A stretch of DNA of 64,000 nucleotides from Piscirickettsiaceae bacterium (GTDB taxonomy: Bacteria > Pseudomonadota > Gammaproteobacteria > Nitrosococcales > Methylophagaceae): NCBI GenBank assembly GCA_013215775.1, contig JABSQO010000008.1, positions 1,128 through 65,127 of the forward strand, given 5' to 3'. The notes under the pieces are model-generated. The model did not search any database. It had not been told where the DNA came from and was given only the letters and a program-made list of their open reading frames with translations. The stretch's first letter is position 1, and each line of letters opens with the position of its first letter. The translations under genes were made by a program, and so were the position numbers. Of the stretch, positions 1-8,817 are shown one piece after another.

Positions 1-272
1 TTCTTTTGGGGATCTTTTATGTCCTCAACGCCTATGACCAATTCATCTAAACTATGAGGATAGCCCGATTGATCCACCAGCATAGTTATTCTTCCATCAT
101 CGACTGCTTTTTTATAAGCATCAATAGCGGTCCGGATATCACGCAAATTACGTTTTAATTCAACTTCCTTTTTTCGCGTTACGCTCAACTCAGCATACGG
201 AACGGCAGCAGTGGCCAACAAAGCAAGAATGGCAACCGTAAAAATAATCTCAATATATGAAAAGCCTTTCAT
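1..272 (-). CDS. Prepilin-type (GspG-like) pseudopilin, 5' part only; the gene runs off the left edge of the window
   Basis: Not in the ORF track because it is open-ended. My translation from the ATG at 272..270: MKGFSYIEIIFTVAILALLATAAVPYAELSVTRKKEVELKRNLRDIRTAIDAYKKAVDDGRITMLVDQSGYPHSLDELV... It has a short basic leader, a G|F cleavage site, Glu at +5 and a hydrophobic helix, as in prepilin-like N-termini. It lies directly downstream of the secretin gene. Confidence 0.7.
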   Translation of the reverse strand, partial: MKGFSYIEIIFTVAILALLATAAVPYAELSVTRKKEVELKRNLRDIRTAIDAYKKAVDDGRITMLVDQSGYPHSLDELVIGVEDIKDPQK

Positions 273-337
273 GCGACTACCACAACGTATTTTCTTCTTC
301 TTTAATAAGCACATCATCTGAAAAACCAACGCTATAT

Positions 338-2221
338 CTAAAACTCGGAAGCTAAGCCCGGTGGAAGTTGTATGTTAAGCCCTTGTGGTGCAGCAGGTTC
401 TTTCGATACTGCTGGTTTATTCGCTGAACCCGGTGCAACGCCTGCTTTAAAGAGTTTAGAAATTTCTTCCCGTGTTCTAGGTTGTGTAAAGCCTCTTCCC
501 GCATTGAGTTCTGTGCCAGTCCAATATTCTGCTAATGCCGCATCAGGTGATTTCCGAGGACGAATAATATGCGGTGTAATCGAGAGTACTAACTCTGTTT
601 TCACCTTCTCATTGCTATGTGTTGAAAAGAAGCGTCCTAATATTGGAATATCACCTAAACCCGGTATTTTATTGACTGTTTCACGATCTGCATCGCTAAT
701 TAAACCTGCTAATATTTGCGTTTCACCATCTTTTAAACGCAGTTCGGTGGACGTGCTTCTCGTGCCTATTTGGGGAACAGACGCTCCTGTAATAGTGGTA
801 ACTATCTCACCAACGGAACTAACCTCAAGAGTCAACTTGATAGTGACATCACCACTCATGCTAATCGTTGGCTGTACTTCAAGTTTTAAGCCGGTATCAA
901 TATATTGAACATTATCTGAAATAACACCATTAGAAGAAACATTAGAAGTAATAACGGGCACACGATCACCAATATGAATTTTTGCAGATTCGCCATTTTT
1001 AACACGAATGCGTGGATTTGCTAACAAGTTAACATTTGAATCTTGACCTTCAAAAATGATTGATGGATTTGGACTTACACTAATATCGCCAGAGTTCACA
1101 TTCTTTAATGCTTCCAGCGTTAAACCGTCTGAAGATATTACTGTTAGCCGTGTCGGCCACGTGACACCTTTATCGGTACTTTCTGTTCGCCTTATTTCGA
1201 GAATCTCCATTTCCAACATCACTTCAGGCTCAGGCAAGTCTTGAGATTTAATCAATTTCTCTGCTAGCACCATCACCTCAGGTACATCCTTAATCATAAT
1301 CATCGGTAATCGATCATCTGTCTGGATCTGTCTAATGCCCAACATTGATTTTAACAACTTACTCACAGTCTCAGGGTCAGCATACTCCAGGAAAAAACTT
1401 CGGATAATCAAATCTTGATACTGGCGCGTTTTTAGCGGTGTATCGGGATAAATAATGACCGAATTTTCATTTAACACTTTTTTCTTCAACTGATTAGACT
1501 GTACTAAAACATCAATCGCATCTTCCAGTGATACATTTTGAATAAATAACGAAGCTTTTAAATTGCTCTTCACATCTTTATCAAGGATGAAGTTTACTCC
1601 CGTACCTTTTGCTAAGGCTTCAATGATAATTTTTAGCTGGGTATCTCTAAATTCGAGTGATACTGGATTAGTGTATTTAAGTCGTTTATGTAAACCTTCA
1701 ATACGTTTTTCATCCTCCCTAACAACCATTGCCCTATATAAGCTTGCAGCCTCTATGTTTTCAGGGTCTTCGACCAATACTTCCCGCAATAAAGTGGCTG
1801 CTTTTTCATCATCCTGCTCTGATCTCCCTATCAAACCTTGTGCTTGCTCTATAGTCGCTTCATGTTGTCGAAAGATGGCAACGCGACGCATACCTTCTTT
1901 TGCTCGTAAATTATTTAAATCAAGGTCAAATATACGATTATAAAGTTGTTCGGCCGAATCAAAATCATCATTATTAAGTGCCGCATCTGCTTCTATCGTT
2001 AAGCCTTGTAATACTTTTCCTTTTTGTTTGAGCTCTTCTATATTCTCAGGAACAGCTAAAACGTCAGAATAATCAGTCACATCATCCTTTTTGGTAAATA
2101 AATCTGCCGTATTACAGCCACTAAGAGCAAAAGCTATAACACTCACAACAATCAACAATTTCGAAAAATAATATACTATTTTATTCATAATGGTTTCTAA
2201 CTTTAAGTTAAGTGTATTCAC
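338..2221 (-). CDS. Secretin-family outer-membrane channel (GspD/PilQ-like) with a lipoprotein signal and a TPR-like N-terminal extension
   Basis: 627 aa. Lipobox FALSGC near the N-terminus. Helical-repeat region (AEQLYNRIFDLDLNN, AATLLREVLVEDPEN). N0/STN-like segment VSLEFRDTQLKIIIEALAKGTGVNFILDKDV. C-terminal secretin core NLLANPRIRVKNGESAKIHIGDRVPV...IPGLGDIPILGRFF. 4-nt overlap with the upstream gene. Confidence 0.85.
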   Translation of the reverse strand: MNTLNLKLETIMNKIVYYFSKLLIVVSVIAFALSGCNTADLFTKKDDVTDYSDVLAVPENIEELKQKGKVLQGLTIEADAALNNDDFDSAEQLYNRIFDLDLNNLRAKEGMRRVAIFRQHEATIEQAQGLIGRSEQDDEKAATLLREVLVEDPENIEAASLYRAMVVREDEKRIEGLHKRLKYTNPVSLEFRDTQLKIIIEALAKGTGVNFILDKDVKSNLKASLFIQNVSLEDAIDVLVQSNQLKKKVLNENSVIIYPDTPLKTRQYQDLIIRSFFLEYADPETVSKLLKSMLGIRQIQTDDRLPMIMIKDVPEVMVLAEKLIKSQDLPEPEVMLEMEILEIRRTESTDKGVTWPTRLTVISSDGLTLEALKNVNSGDISVSPNPSIIFEGQDSNVNLLANPRIRVKNGESAKIHIGDRVPVITSNVSSNGVISDNVQYIDTGLKLEVQPTISMSGDVTIKLTLEVSSVGEIVTTITGASVPQIGTRSTSTELRLKDGETQILAGLISDADRETVNKIPGLGDIPILGRFFSTHSNEKVKTELVLSITPHIIRPRKSPDAALAEYWTGTELNAGRGFTQPRTREEISKLFKAGVAPGSANKPAVSKEPAAPQGLNIQLPPGLASEF

Positions 2222-2751
2222 GGTGTCTTTCCAATATTCATATTCTGAGTAATATTTAAGGGTAAATATAACCAGCGGAGCTGTTCTCCATCTATATCTT
2301 TTAATTGATAATGTTTATCCACTATATCGCCCTCACTGACAATATGTAATGCCTCACCTTGCAGCAAAAATACTTTTATCACATCATTTTCAATTAATTT
2401 TCCAATATATTTGAATGGCAATGGTGGCGCTGTTGGCCTTTTGGCTACCGGTTTAACAACAGGTTTAATATTAGACATTTTTTTAATCTGCTGTTGTTTG
2501 TTGACTGGAGTATCAAATAAATCCACCGATTTTCCCTTAAAAGATTGCCGTTGAAGCAATGCCAATACATTGTCATTCTTTATATCGTCTCTTAAACTCT
2601 TTGCTTGTGCCACAGAGATCTTTTCAGCTATAAGCGTCGGTTTCACTATAACTGTATCACTATCCGATTGTGGTGTATTCCACACCAACCATAGCGTTAA
2701 TAGTAATAAGCTTGCCAAAATCACCCAACGTTTAATTGTTTCGTTTATCAC
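2218..2751 (-). CDS. Single-pass membrane protein, PilP / GspC-HR-like component of the secretion cluster
   Basis: 177 aa. One N-terminal TM (WVILASLLLLTLWLVW), then a Pro/Lys-rich linker. The C-terminal segment resembles a small beta domain (FKYIGKLIENDVIKVFLLQGEALHIVSEGDIVDKHYQLKDIDGEQL), as in PilP or the GspC HR domain. It sits just upstream of the secretin, with 4-nt overlaps on both sides. Confidence 0.5.
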   Translation of the reverse strand: MINETIKRWVILASLLLLTLWLVWNTPQSDSDTVIVKPTLIAEKISVAQAKSLRDDIKNDNVLALLQRQSFKGKSVDLFDTPVNKQQQIKKMSNIKPVVKPVAKRPTAPPLPFKYIGKLIENDVIKVFLLQGEALHIVSEGDIVDKHYQLKDIDGEQLRWLYLPLNITQNMNIGKTP

Positions 2752-3278
2752 TTGTGCACCATATACAAGGTAAAACGAAGATTTGCCGATACAATACCGG
2801 CATCATCTCGTTCGAAGGCTAATTGTTCTAACGCTACATAAGGTAAACCTGCCAATACATCAACAATAAATGCTTTAATCTTCGGATAAGTGGCCTCAAC
2901 AGAAAAATTCATATTATAGTGAACAAGATTTTCTCCTTGCCTTCGTTCATCTTTATACGCCACTTCATTTATCGTAATACGGTATTTTTTTGCCACATCA
3001 AATATAGCTTGGATGCTGGTAGTTACATTTTCAACTATAGGTGTATTATCAAAAAACTGCTCTGCAGGTGAAATATACTGGTAAACAATCGGTGCTGTTT
3101 TTGGTATTTCAACTGAATACTGCTCAAGTAATCGTAAATTTTGCTGTGCCGGAAGCAGTATATAAACGCTATACATCGTTATTACTACTAATAATAACCA
3201 AGCAATCCAACCTGCCAGACCCACTCTGTCACCCAATCTTGCAAGTAGCCACTGTAATCTAGCCATCAAATTTTCCAC
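2748..3278 (-). CDS. PilO / GspM-like bitopic assembly protein
   Basis: 176 aa. N-terminal TM (GLAGWIAWLLLVVITMYSVYILL). The C-terminal ferredoxin-like pattern MNFSVEATYPKIKAFIVDVLAGLPYVALEQLAFERDD...LRFTLYM is typical of PilO/GspM. It overlaps its neighbours within the operon. Confidence 0.55.
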   Translation of the reverse strand: MENLMARLQWLLARLGDRVGLAGWIAWLLLVVITMYSVYILLPAQQNLRLLEQYSVEIPKTAPIVYQYISPAEQFFDNTPIVENVTTSIQAIFDVAKKYRITINEVAYKDERRQGENLVHYNMNFSVEATYPKIKAFIVDVLAGLPYVALEQLAFERDDAGIVSANLRFTLYMVHK

Positions 3279-3787
3279 CGCATTTTTAATGTGAAACTTA
3301 GGCGTTTTTTGTTGTTCAATCCTAAGTGACGTTGATTCACTAATAACACATCTTGGAAAACCGGCTGCTCCTTTAATAAATCTATAAAATTAAGCATGGT
3401 AGGTAAATCAACTGCTTCAGCGCCAATCAACACATCTCCCTTGGTAGGGTTTGGTTGAATGGTCATTAACTTTATTTTTGGTGCTGATTTTTTAACCACC
3501 TCTAATGAACTAAGTAAATCCTGCCACGGAAAATTCAGCTTTCCCTGTACTGCACTCGCTACTTTCAGCATTCTTATATCGTGTTCGGTTGGCTGAGCTT
3601 GCTTGATAGGTTTTCGCCCTTGTGAAATGGCGATTGAATTTTCAATCTCAGTAACGTTAGTGCTTATTCGCTGTTCTTCCACTAACAGCCCTAGTGAAAT
3701 TAGCATCAGCACCACTATCAGCACTATATTTGACTGTCGGCGACTACGTTGTTTGAGCGTCGAAAAATTTAATGATAGAAACGTCAT
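3266..3787 (-). CDS. PilN-like bitopic assembly protein
   Basis: 173 aa. Basic N-terminus plus one TM (IVLIVVLMLISLGLLV). The periplasmic part ends in a PilN-like pattern (IKLMTIQPNPTKGDVLIGAEAVDLPTMLNFIDLLKEQPVFQDVLLV...LSFTLKM). Confidence 0.55.
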   Translation of the reverse strand: MTFLSLNFSTLKQRSRRQSNIVLIVVLMLISLGLLVEEQRISTNVTEIENSIAISQGRKPIKQAQPTEHDIRMLKVASAVQGKLNFPWQDLLSSLEVVKKSAPKIKLMTIQPNPTKGDVLIGAEAVDLPTMLNFIDLLKEQPVFQDVLLVNQRHLGLNNKKRLSFTLKMRWKI

Positions 3788-4560
3788 ATTAATGTGGCCA
3801 ACATTTCACTCATGGAGGTGTTATCACTCTTATTATGTATTGATAATGAACTCGCTTTTAACATGTCCACCTCCTCTTCAGCTAATGACGTGTCCTTGCC
3901 AAAAACATGAAGATGTCTCGATTTCATCTCTTGTTGTAATTTCATCGTGCGTTTTACAACATTCAATGCCTCAACTGATTGTTGATTAACTGTAGGAGAA
4001 GCAACAGTAAAACGTACCAAAGCCCCTTTTGTTATTTCAGCTAATAATAATCGTTGTGGTTCGGCAAGCATTAACCAGTCATGTTTTTTAATTTTATGAT
4101 GATAATGATTCATCACACTCATTAAAGCGGGTTCAATAGCCTCAATTGTCCATTTATATTGCTGAGCTAACGCCTCTAATCGCATTAATAAAAGCTGGTC
4201 GATGGCACTAATTACCAATGGTTGGCCATAGCCTTGCATAGCAATACGAATAGTCCAGTTATCGATATCATTGCCATAGAGTGTTCGCATATAATTTTCT
4301 GCTAACGACTGCCAATCTTGCTGCGAAAAGACATCTGGTTGCCACGGTAATACCGCATAACGAACATAATGATTTGACAGAATAAATCTAATCGAGCCAG
4401 GTTTTATCGTTGCAGCATTGTTCTCAAGTTTGATCAGCACTTGAGCCCATGAAGATACATTTTCCGTATCAATAACACGGTTTTCTTTATCTCCTGAATT
4501 TATCGTAATACTGTCAGGAGTAATGGCAATTAGAGTCGGTTTACGCCATTGCGGTAACAC
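3784..4560 (-). CDS. Cytoplasmic PilM / GspL-N-like protein (assignment tentative)
   Basis: 258 aa, no TM segment. It sits between the ATPase gene and the PilN-like gene, the position PilM or the cytoplasmic domain of GspL occupies. I recognised no diagnostic motif; the call rests on gene order and size. Confidence 0.4.
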   Translation of the reverse strand: MLPQWRKPTLIAITPDSITINSGDKENRVIDTENVSSWAQVLIKLENNAATIKPGSIRFILSNHYVRYAVLPWQPDVFSQQDWQSLAENYMRTLYGNDIDNWTIRIAMQGYGQPLVISAIDQLLLMRLEALAQQYKWTIEAIEPALMSVMNHYHHKIKKHDWLMLAEPQRLLLAEITKGALVRFTVASPTVNQQSVEALNVVKRTMKLQQEMKSRHLHVFGKDTSLAEEEVDMLKASSLSIHNKSDNTSMSEMLATLI

Positions 4561-6193
4561 GGTTCACCTCTTCTATTGTTGTTTCACCACGCCATGCCAA
4601 GTCCAATGCCGCCTCACGTAGTAAATAGGTTCCTTGATTTCGGGCGTGTTCTTTGATTTGACTAATCGGTGCTCGCCTCGCAATAAGCTCTCGTAACTCA
4701 TCATCTAGACAGAGTATTTCAGCAACAGCACGACGACCCTTGTAACCTGTACCTCGACATACTCCACAACCTTTACCATGTACAGGCTTTGCATCCTCAG
4801 GTGGTGTCACACCCGCCAAATTTGTTAACGCTTCATCAACCGCAACAAGTTCAGCACACGACGAACAAACCGTTCTGATTAATCGCTGTGCAATAACAAT
4901 ATTCAATGCAGATACAAAACTGTATGGATCAACACCCATATTCAGAAACCGACCAATCACATCAAATACATTATTGGCATGCACAGTGGTAAAGACTAAA
5001 TGCCCTGTTAATGCAGATTGAACCGCTATTTGTGCTGTCTCTCCATCACGAATCTCGCCCACCATGATCTTATCCGGATCATGTCGAAGTATTGATCTTA
5101 ATCCCAAGGAAAAACTTAATCCTTTTTTCTCATTAACAGGTATCTGTAATACGCCGGACAACTGATATTCCACTGGGTCTTCAATGGTAATGATTTTATC
5201 CATACCATTATTAATTTCACTTATCGCCGCATAGAGTGTTGTTGTCTTACCGCTACCTGTTGGCCCCGTCACTAACACCATGCCATAAGGACTCAAAAAA
5301 TGGCGTCGCATCACAGCCATAACATTGTCATCAAAGCCAAGATAATCTAATCGTAAGCCTCCTACATGATCAGCTAATGATTGCTTATCAAGGACACGGA
5401 TAACCACATCCTCGCCATGAATACTCGGCATAATCGACACCCGGAAATCAATTTCTCGGCCTCGGTATACAGCACGAAAACGTCCGTCCTGAGGTATACG
5501 GGTTTCAGTAATATCAAGCTCAGCCATGACTTTAATACGAGAAACGATCTGTTCCGCCATTCCCTGTTCACTGACGGCACCCATTTGACTGATAACACCA
5601 TCAAGGCGGTATTTAATTGCTAAACCTTGCGGCGTTGTTTCAAGGTGAACATCACTGGCATCCGCTTTTAAAGCATCATAAAGCGTAGAACGCACTAACT
5701 TCACTACCGAACTATCATCCATCTCAATGCTATGTAGTGATAACTCTTCAATAAGATTTTCGTTTACGCCATCACTACCAACATTAGATAGTGCAGAATC
5801 AACTGCTCGCAAGGATTCTTCTTGTTTGGCCAAATAGGCGGTAATATCAGCTCTAGAGGCAAGTTTACTAGTGAATGGTAATGCTATTTTTTCTACTGCC
5901 CAGGCCATCAAGTTACTATCAAACACATCAGAAAAGACAAAAGTTAAACTAGCCGAATCATCACTTATAACAACACAATCTCTCTGAATTGCATCAGAAA
6001 AAGATAACAAATCAAACGCAGGGCTACTCACTAACATTTCGTCAAAGTGAATGGTTTGATACGAAAAGAATTCGGCTAATTCTGCAACAAGCTTTTCTAT
6101 TGCTAAACCACTTGTTTCTTCAAGTACGTTTAATGAGCTTTTACCAGTCTCATTGGTCTTAATTGCCTGTATGATTAGTTCTGCAATGGTCAT
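4541..6193 (-). CDS. gspE: GspE/PilB-family secretion ATPase
   Basis: 550 aa. Walker A VTGPTGSGKTTTLYA. Asp/His boxes (IMVGEIRDGETAQIAVQSALTGHLVFTTVHAN). Tetracysteine cluster CSSC...CGVCRGTGYKGR. N-terminal GspE_N-like region. Confidence 0.93.
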   Translation of the reverse strand: MTIAELIIQAIKTNETGKSSLNVLEETSGLAIEKLVAELAEFFSYQTIHFDEMLVSSPAFDLLSFSDAIQRDCVVISDDSASLTFVFSDVFDSNLMAWAVEKIALPFTSKLASRADITAYLAKQEESLRAVDSALSNVGSDGVNENLIEELSLHSIEMDDSSVVKLVRSTLYDALKADASDVHLETTPQGLAIKYRLDGVISQMGAVSEQGMAEQIVSRIKVMAELDITETRIPQDGRFRAVYRGREIDFRVSIMPSIHGEDVVIRVLDKQSLADHVGGLRLDYLGFDDNVMAVMRRHFLSPYGMVLVTGPTGSGKTTTLYAAISEINNGMDKIITIEDPVEYQLSGVLQIPVNEKKGLSFSLGLRSILRHDPDKIMVGEIRDGETAQIAVQSALTGHLVFTTVHANNVFDVIGRFLNMGVDPYSFVSALNIVIAQRLIRTVCSSCAELVAVDEALTNLAGVTPPEDAKPVHGKGCGVCRGTGYKGRRAVAEILCLDDELRELIARRAPISQIKEHARNQGTYLLREAALDLAWRGETTIEEVNRVTAMA

Positions 6194-7365
6194 TGAATAC
6201 CACTCGCCAATTCAAAAATAGGTAAATACATCAATAAAACAATCAATCCTATCACCAAACCAATGGCTGCCATTAACATCGGCTCAAACAATTTAGTAAA
6301 GGCATCTACCCAACGCAACATTTCCTGTTCATGAAAATCTGCTGCCCGCTCCATCATCACATCAAGTTTGCCCGATTTCTCACCAACACGAAATAATTGT
6401 GACGCCACTGGCGTCGTCAGGTTACATGTTGTCATGGCTTGAGCGAATGGTCGCCCTTCACTGATAAGATGTTTGGCTGTAGTTACATTCTGTTGTAATG
6501 TTTGTCCTAATAATTCATTCACCATATCTAATGCTGATACCACTGGAATACCACTACGTAACAGCATAGAAAATGTGCGATAAAACCGGCTTAAATGATA
6601 CACCCGTACTCGCTCACCAATTTGAGGCAGCCGAGTGATAATCGTTCCAATGTATGCACGCACGGCTGGTTGCATAAGAGCAGCTGTCACCAAAATTACA
6701 AACATCACCAGTACTACTAGCATTAACAGCCCATGATTTTCAACGGCTTGACCAATCTTTAGCAAGACCTCAGATGCCAATGACAAATCGATTGATCGCG
6801 ACTCATAAATCTGGCTAAAACGTGGTACAACATAAGCTATAAGAAAGAACAATACCAAACCACCAAAAGCCAGTACCAAAGCGGGGTAAATAGAAGCACT
6901 GATGATCTTCTTCCGTAACACATCTATCTGCTCAAGATAGAGAGAAAAGCGTTGCAATCCTTCTGGTAAATTTCCCGTTGTTTCGCAGGCTTTAATATTA
7001 GCGACAAATAAGCTGGGGAAACATTCAGGCACTGCTGATAAAGCATCCGAAAATTGTCGACCATTACGTAAAGAAACTAATACAGTTGAAATAGTTGCCC
7101 GATTATCAGTATTCATTTCTTTCTGAGCTAATGTTTCTAATGATTCTGTTAGTGTTAAACCCGCTTCTAATAAAACGCGTAGTTCTTGACAGAAAAATAA
7201 TAATGGAAAATGTCCTTTTCGACGACTTATTCCTTTTTGGCGTACTCGTAATACGGTAAAGCCCTGCTGTTCAGCTAAACGTCGCGCATCATTATCATTA
7301 ACCGCTTCAATGCGAATAATTTCTGGGGTTGTTTGGGGGCGCATGACCCTCAATTGAAATTGCAT
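6190..7365 (-). CDS. gspF: GspF/PilC-family inner-membrane platform protein
   Basis: 391 aa with the duplicated GspF-domain architecture: two cytoplasmic helical domains, each followed by TM segments. It ends in the typical ...LVIGLIVLLMYLPIFELASGIQ. 4-nt overlap with gspE. Confidence 0.88.
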   Translation of the reverse strand: MQFQLRVMRPQTTPEIIRIEAVNDNDARRLAEQQGFTVLRVRQKGISRRKGHFPLLFFCQELRVLLEAGLTLTESLETLAQKEMNTDNRATISTVLVSLRNGRQFSDALSAVPECFPSLFVANIKACETTGNLPEGLQRFSLYLEQIDVLRKKIISASIYPALVLAFGGLVLFFLIAYVVPRFSQIYESRSIDLSLASEVLLKIGQAVENHGLLMLVVLVMFVILVTAALMQPAVRAYIGTIITRLPQIGERVRVYHLSRFYRTFSMLLRSGIPVVSALDMVNELLGQTLQQNVTTAKHLISEGRPFAQAMTTCNLTTPVASQLFRVGEKSGKLDVMMERAADFHEQEMLRWVDAFTKLFEPMLMAAIGLVIGLIVLLMYLPIFELASGIQ

Positions 7366-7383
7366 AATCTGAAATAATGTCTT

Positions 7384-7794
7384 TTAGCGATTATAGATGT
7401 CAGCGTTTTCAGCTGTACCGCCTAATTTTCTATCTTTTCCATAGGAAAACAAATCATACTCGTTACCCTGTTCACTAGGAATTCGATACACATAAGCTTG
7501 CCCCCATGGATCTAACGGCACTGCTTTTTCCAGATAAGGCCCCAGCCATTTGGGTTCATTCTCAGGAGCAACGTCCAATGCTGATAAATTTACTTCTTGT
7601 GATGGGTAATACCCCATATCTAAACGATAGATATCCAATGCTTTTTCAATAGCTGATATTTGAGCCCGAGCAGCTTTGATTTCAGACTTACCTAATTGCG
7701 AAAAATAGCGTGGTGCCACGTAACCCACTAATAAGCCAATAATAACCATCACCACCAATAATTCTAATAGGGTAAATCCTTTACTACGATACAT
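7384..7794 (-). CDS. gspG: Major pseudopilin GspG
   Basis: 136 aa. MYRSKG|FTLLELLVVMVIIGLL prepilin N-terminus with Glu+5. GspG-type body (AARAQISAIEKALDIYRLDMGYYPS...LDPWGQAYVYRIPSEQGNEYDLFSYGKD). Confidence 0.9.
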   Translation of the reverse strand: MYRSKGFTLLELLVVMVIIGLLVGYVAPRYFSQLGKSEIKAARAQISAIEKALDIYRLDMGYYPSQEVNLSALDVAPENEPKWLGPYLEKAVPLDPWGQAYVYRIPSEQGNEYDLFSYGKDRKLGGTAENADIYNR

Positions 7795-7840
7795 TGAGCT
7801 ACTCCAAACATGTATTTCCGATATAACTCATTATTACATA

Positions 7841-7870
7841 AAAAAGCCCCCGTAAAACGAGGGCTTTTTA
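7841..7870 (-). terminator. Rho-independent terminator downstream of the DUF336-like gene
   Basis: aaaagccc (7842-7849) pairs with gggctttt (7861-7868). On the minus strand the stem is followed by a T-run. It separates the 271-aa gene from gspG. Confidence 0.6.
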
Positions 7871-7911
7871 TTAGAGTTAAATTTAGTCTAACTAAACTTA
7901 ATAACTACTGA

Positions 7912-8727
7912 TTAACGAATACCAAAGTCACCTGCATCTGTAGGATTATTTGAAGCCGCTGTGCTTGTAGGATCATTTACACCACATGCAGGCTGTTGAA
8001 ATAGCGCAGATAATGGAGTAACTGTCGTATCAACCAATTCTAAACCATCATCATTTGGTTGGTTATCACCCAATAGCTCTGCACGAAGACGATAAGCCAT
8101 TGTATGGTCACGACATGAGGTATCACCTGATACACCTACCGAACCAATTTTTATACCAGCAGAATTATACAGTGCAACACCGCCACCAAAGACATTGACA
8201 CCACCAGGTCTCTTGCCCACTAATGGATCGCCTCCAGTTGTGCCGAGGTCCGATGGTGCGCCTTTATAAACGACATTTGTATCTACAGGGTTACTATGTT
8301 GCAAGCCGTATAGGCTTCCACCAGGGTAAACAGCAGCTGATAGTGCTCCGGTTGAAATTGCTAGACCATCTAAACTAAATTGATTAGCTGTATTGGCTTT
8401 TTGTGCAGAAATCACTCGACTACCTAACCAAGCAGTAGCTCCTGCATTAGACCCACCATTGTCTGTCGCTGTCGCTCCATCTACTGAGTAAACATAACAA
8501 ACTTTACCTGATTTATTCATTAACGTTGCCCACATTCCTAGGCCAAAACCAAACTGTAAGGTATCTTCATAAGCTTGATCAACGGCAGCTTCAAAAATAC
8601 CACTGTCAATATCACAGGCATTACCAACACCTGAAGCAAAAGACGAGGTTGTTGACATCATTGCTGCTACAGCCACTGTGATAGCTATACCAAATTTCTT
8701 CATTACTATTCTCCTTAACATTGTCAA
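7912..8727 (-). CDS. Secreted GlcG/HbpS-like (DUF336) family protein
   Basis: 271 aa. Signal peptide (KKFGIAITVAVAAMMSTTSSFASG). DUF336-type pattern: MWATLMNKSGKVCYVY, SRVISAQKANTANQFS, and GGGVALY...KIGSVGVSGDTSCRDHTMAY. No C-terminal TM or sorting tail. Confidence 0.6.
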   Translation of the reverse strand: MTMLRRIVMKKFGIAITVAVAAMMSTTSSFASGVGNACDIDSGIFEAAVDQAYEDTLQFGFGLGMWATLMNKSGKVCYVYSVDGATATDNGGSNAGATAWLGSRVISAQKANTANQFSLDGLAISTGALSAAVYPGGSLYGLQHSNPVDTNVVYKGAPSDLGTTGGDPLVGKRPGGVNVFGGGVALYNSAGIKIGSVGVSGDTSCRDHTMAYRLRAELLGDNQPNDDGLELVDTTVTPLSALFQQPACGVNDPTSTAASNNPTDAGDFGIR

Positions 8728-8787
8728 TATTCTTAAAATTCAAACGCCCAAATGTAGCGTTTAGATAATATACTGGTATCAACAAAT

Positions 8788-8817
8788 ATAATACCCCCTC
8801 TAACGAGGGGGTATTAT
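8788..8817 (-). terminator. 13-bp G/C-core hairpin overlapping the stop codon of the GT4 gene; probable operon-end terminator or REP-like palindrome
   Basis: 8788-8800 (atataccccctc...) pairs with 8805-8817, with loop taac. The tail on the minus strand is only moderately T-rich. The core TACCCCC...GGGGGTA recurs at 23335-23357. Confidence 0.4.

Noticed and set aside
372-1943. Plus-strand ORFs of 62-178 aa (372..908, 1056..1244, 1563..1943) antisense to the secretin gene. Similar shadow ORFs lie opposite many other genes, for example 3603..3989, 5381..5623, 29601..29933, 35065..35369 and 55069..55419.
   Set aside because: They lie wholly inside strongly supported genes on the other strand. 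Their composition is low-complexity and Ser/Leu/Cys-rich, they carry no motifs, and they have no ribosome-binding context. They are typical antisense shadow ORFs.
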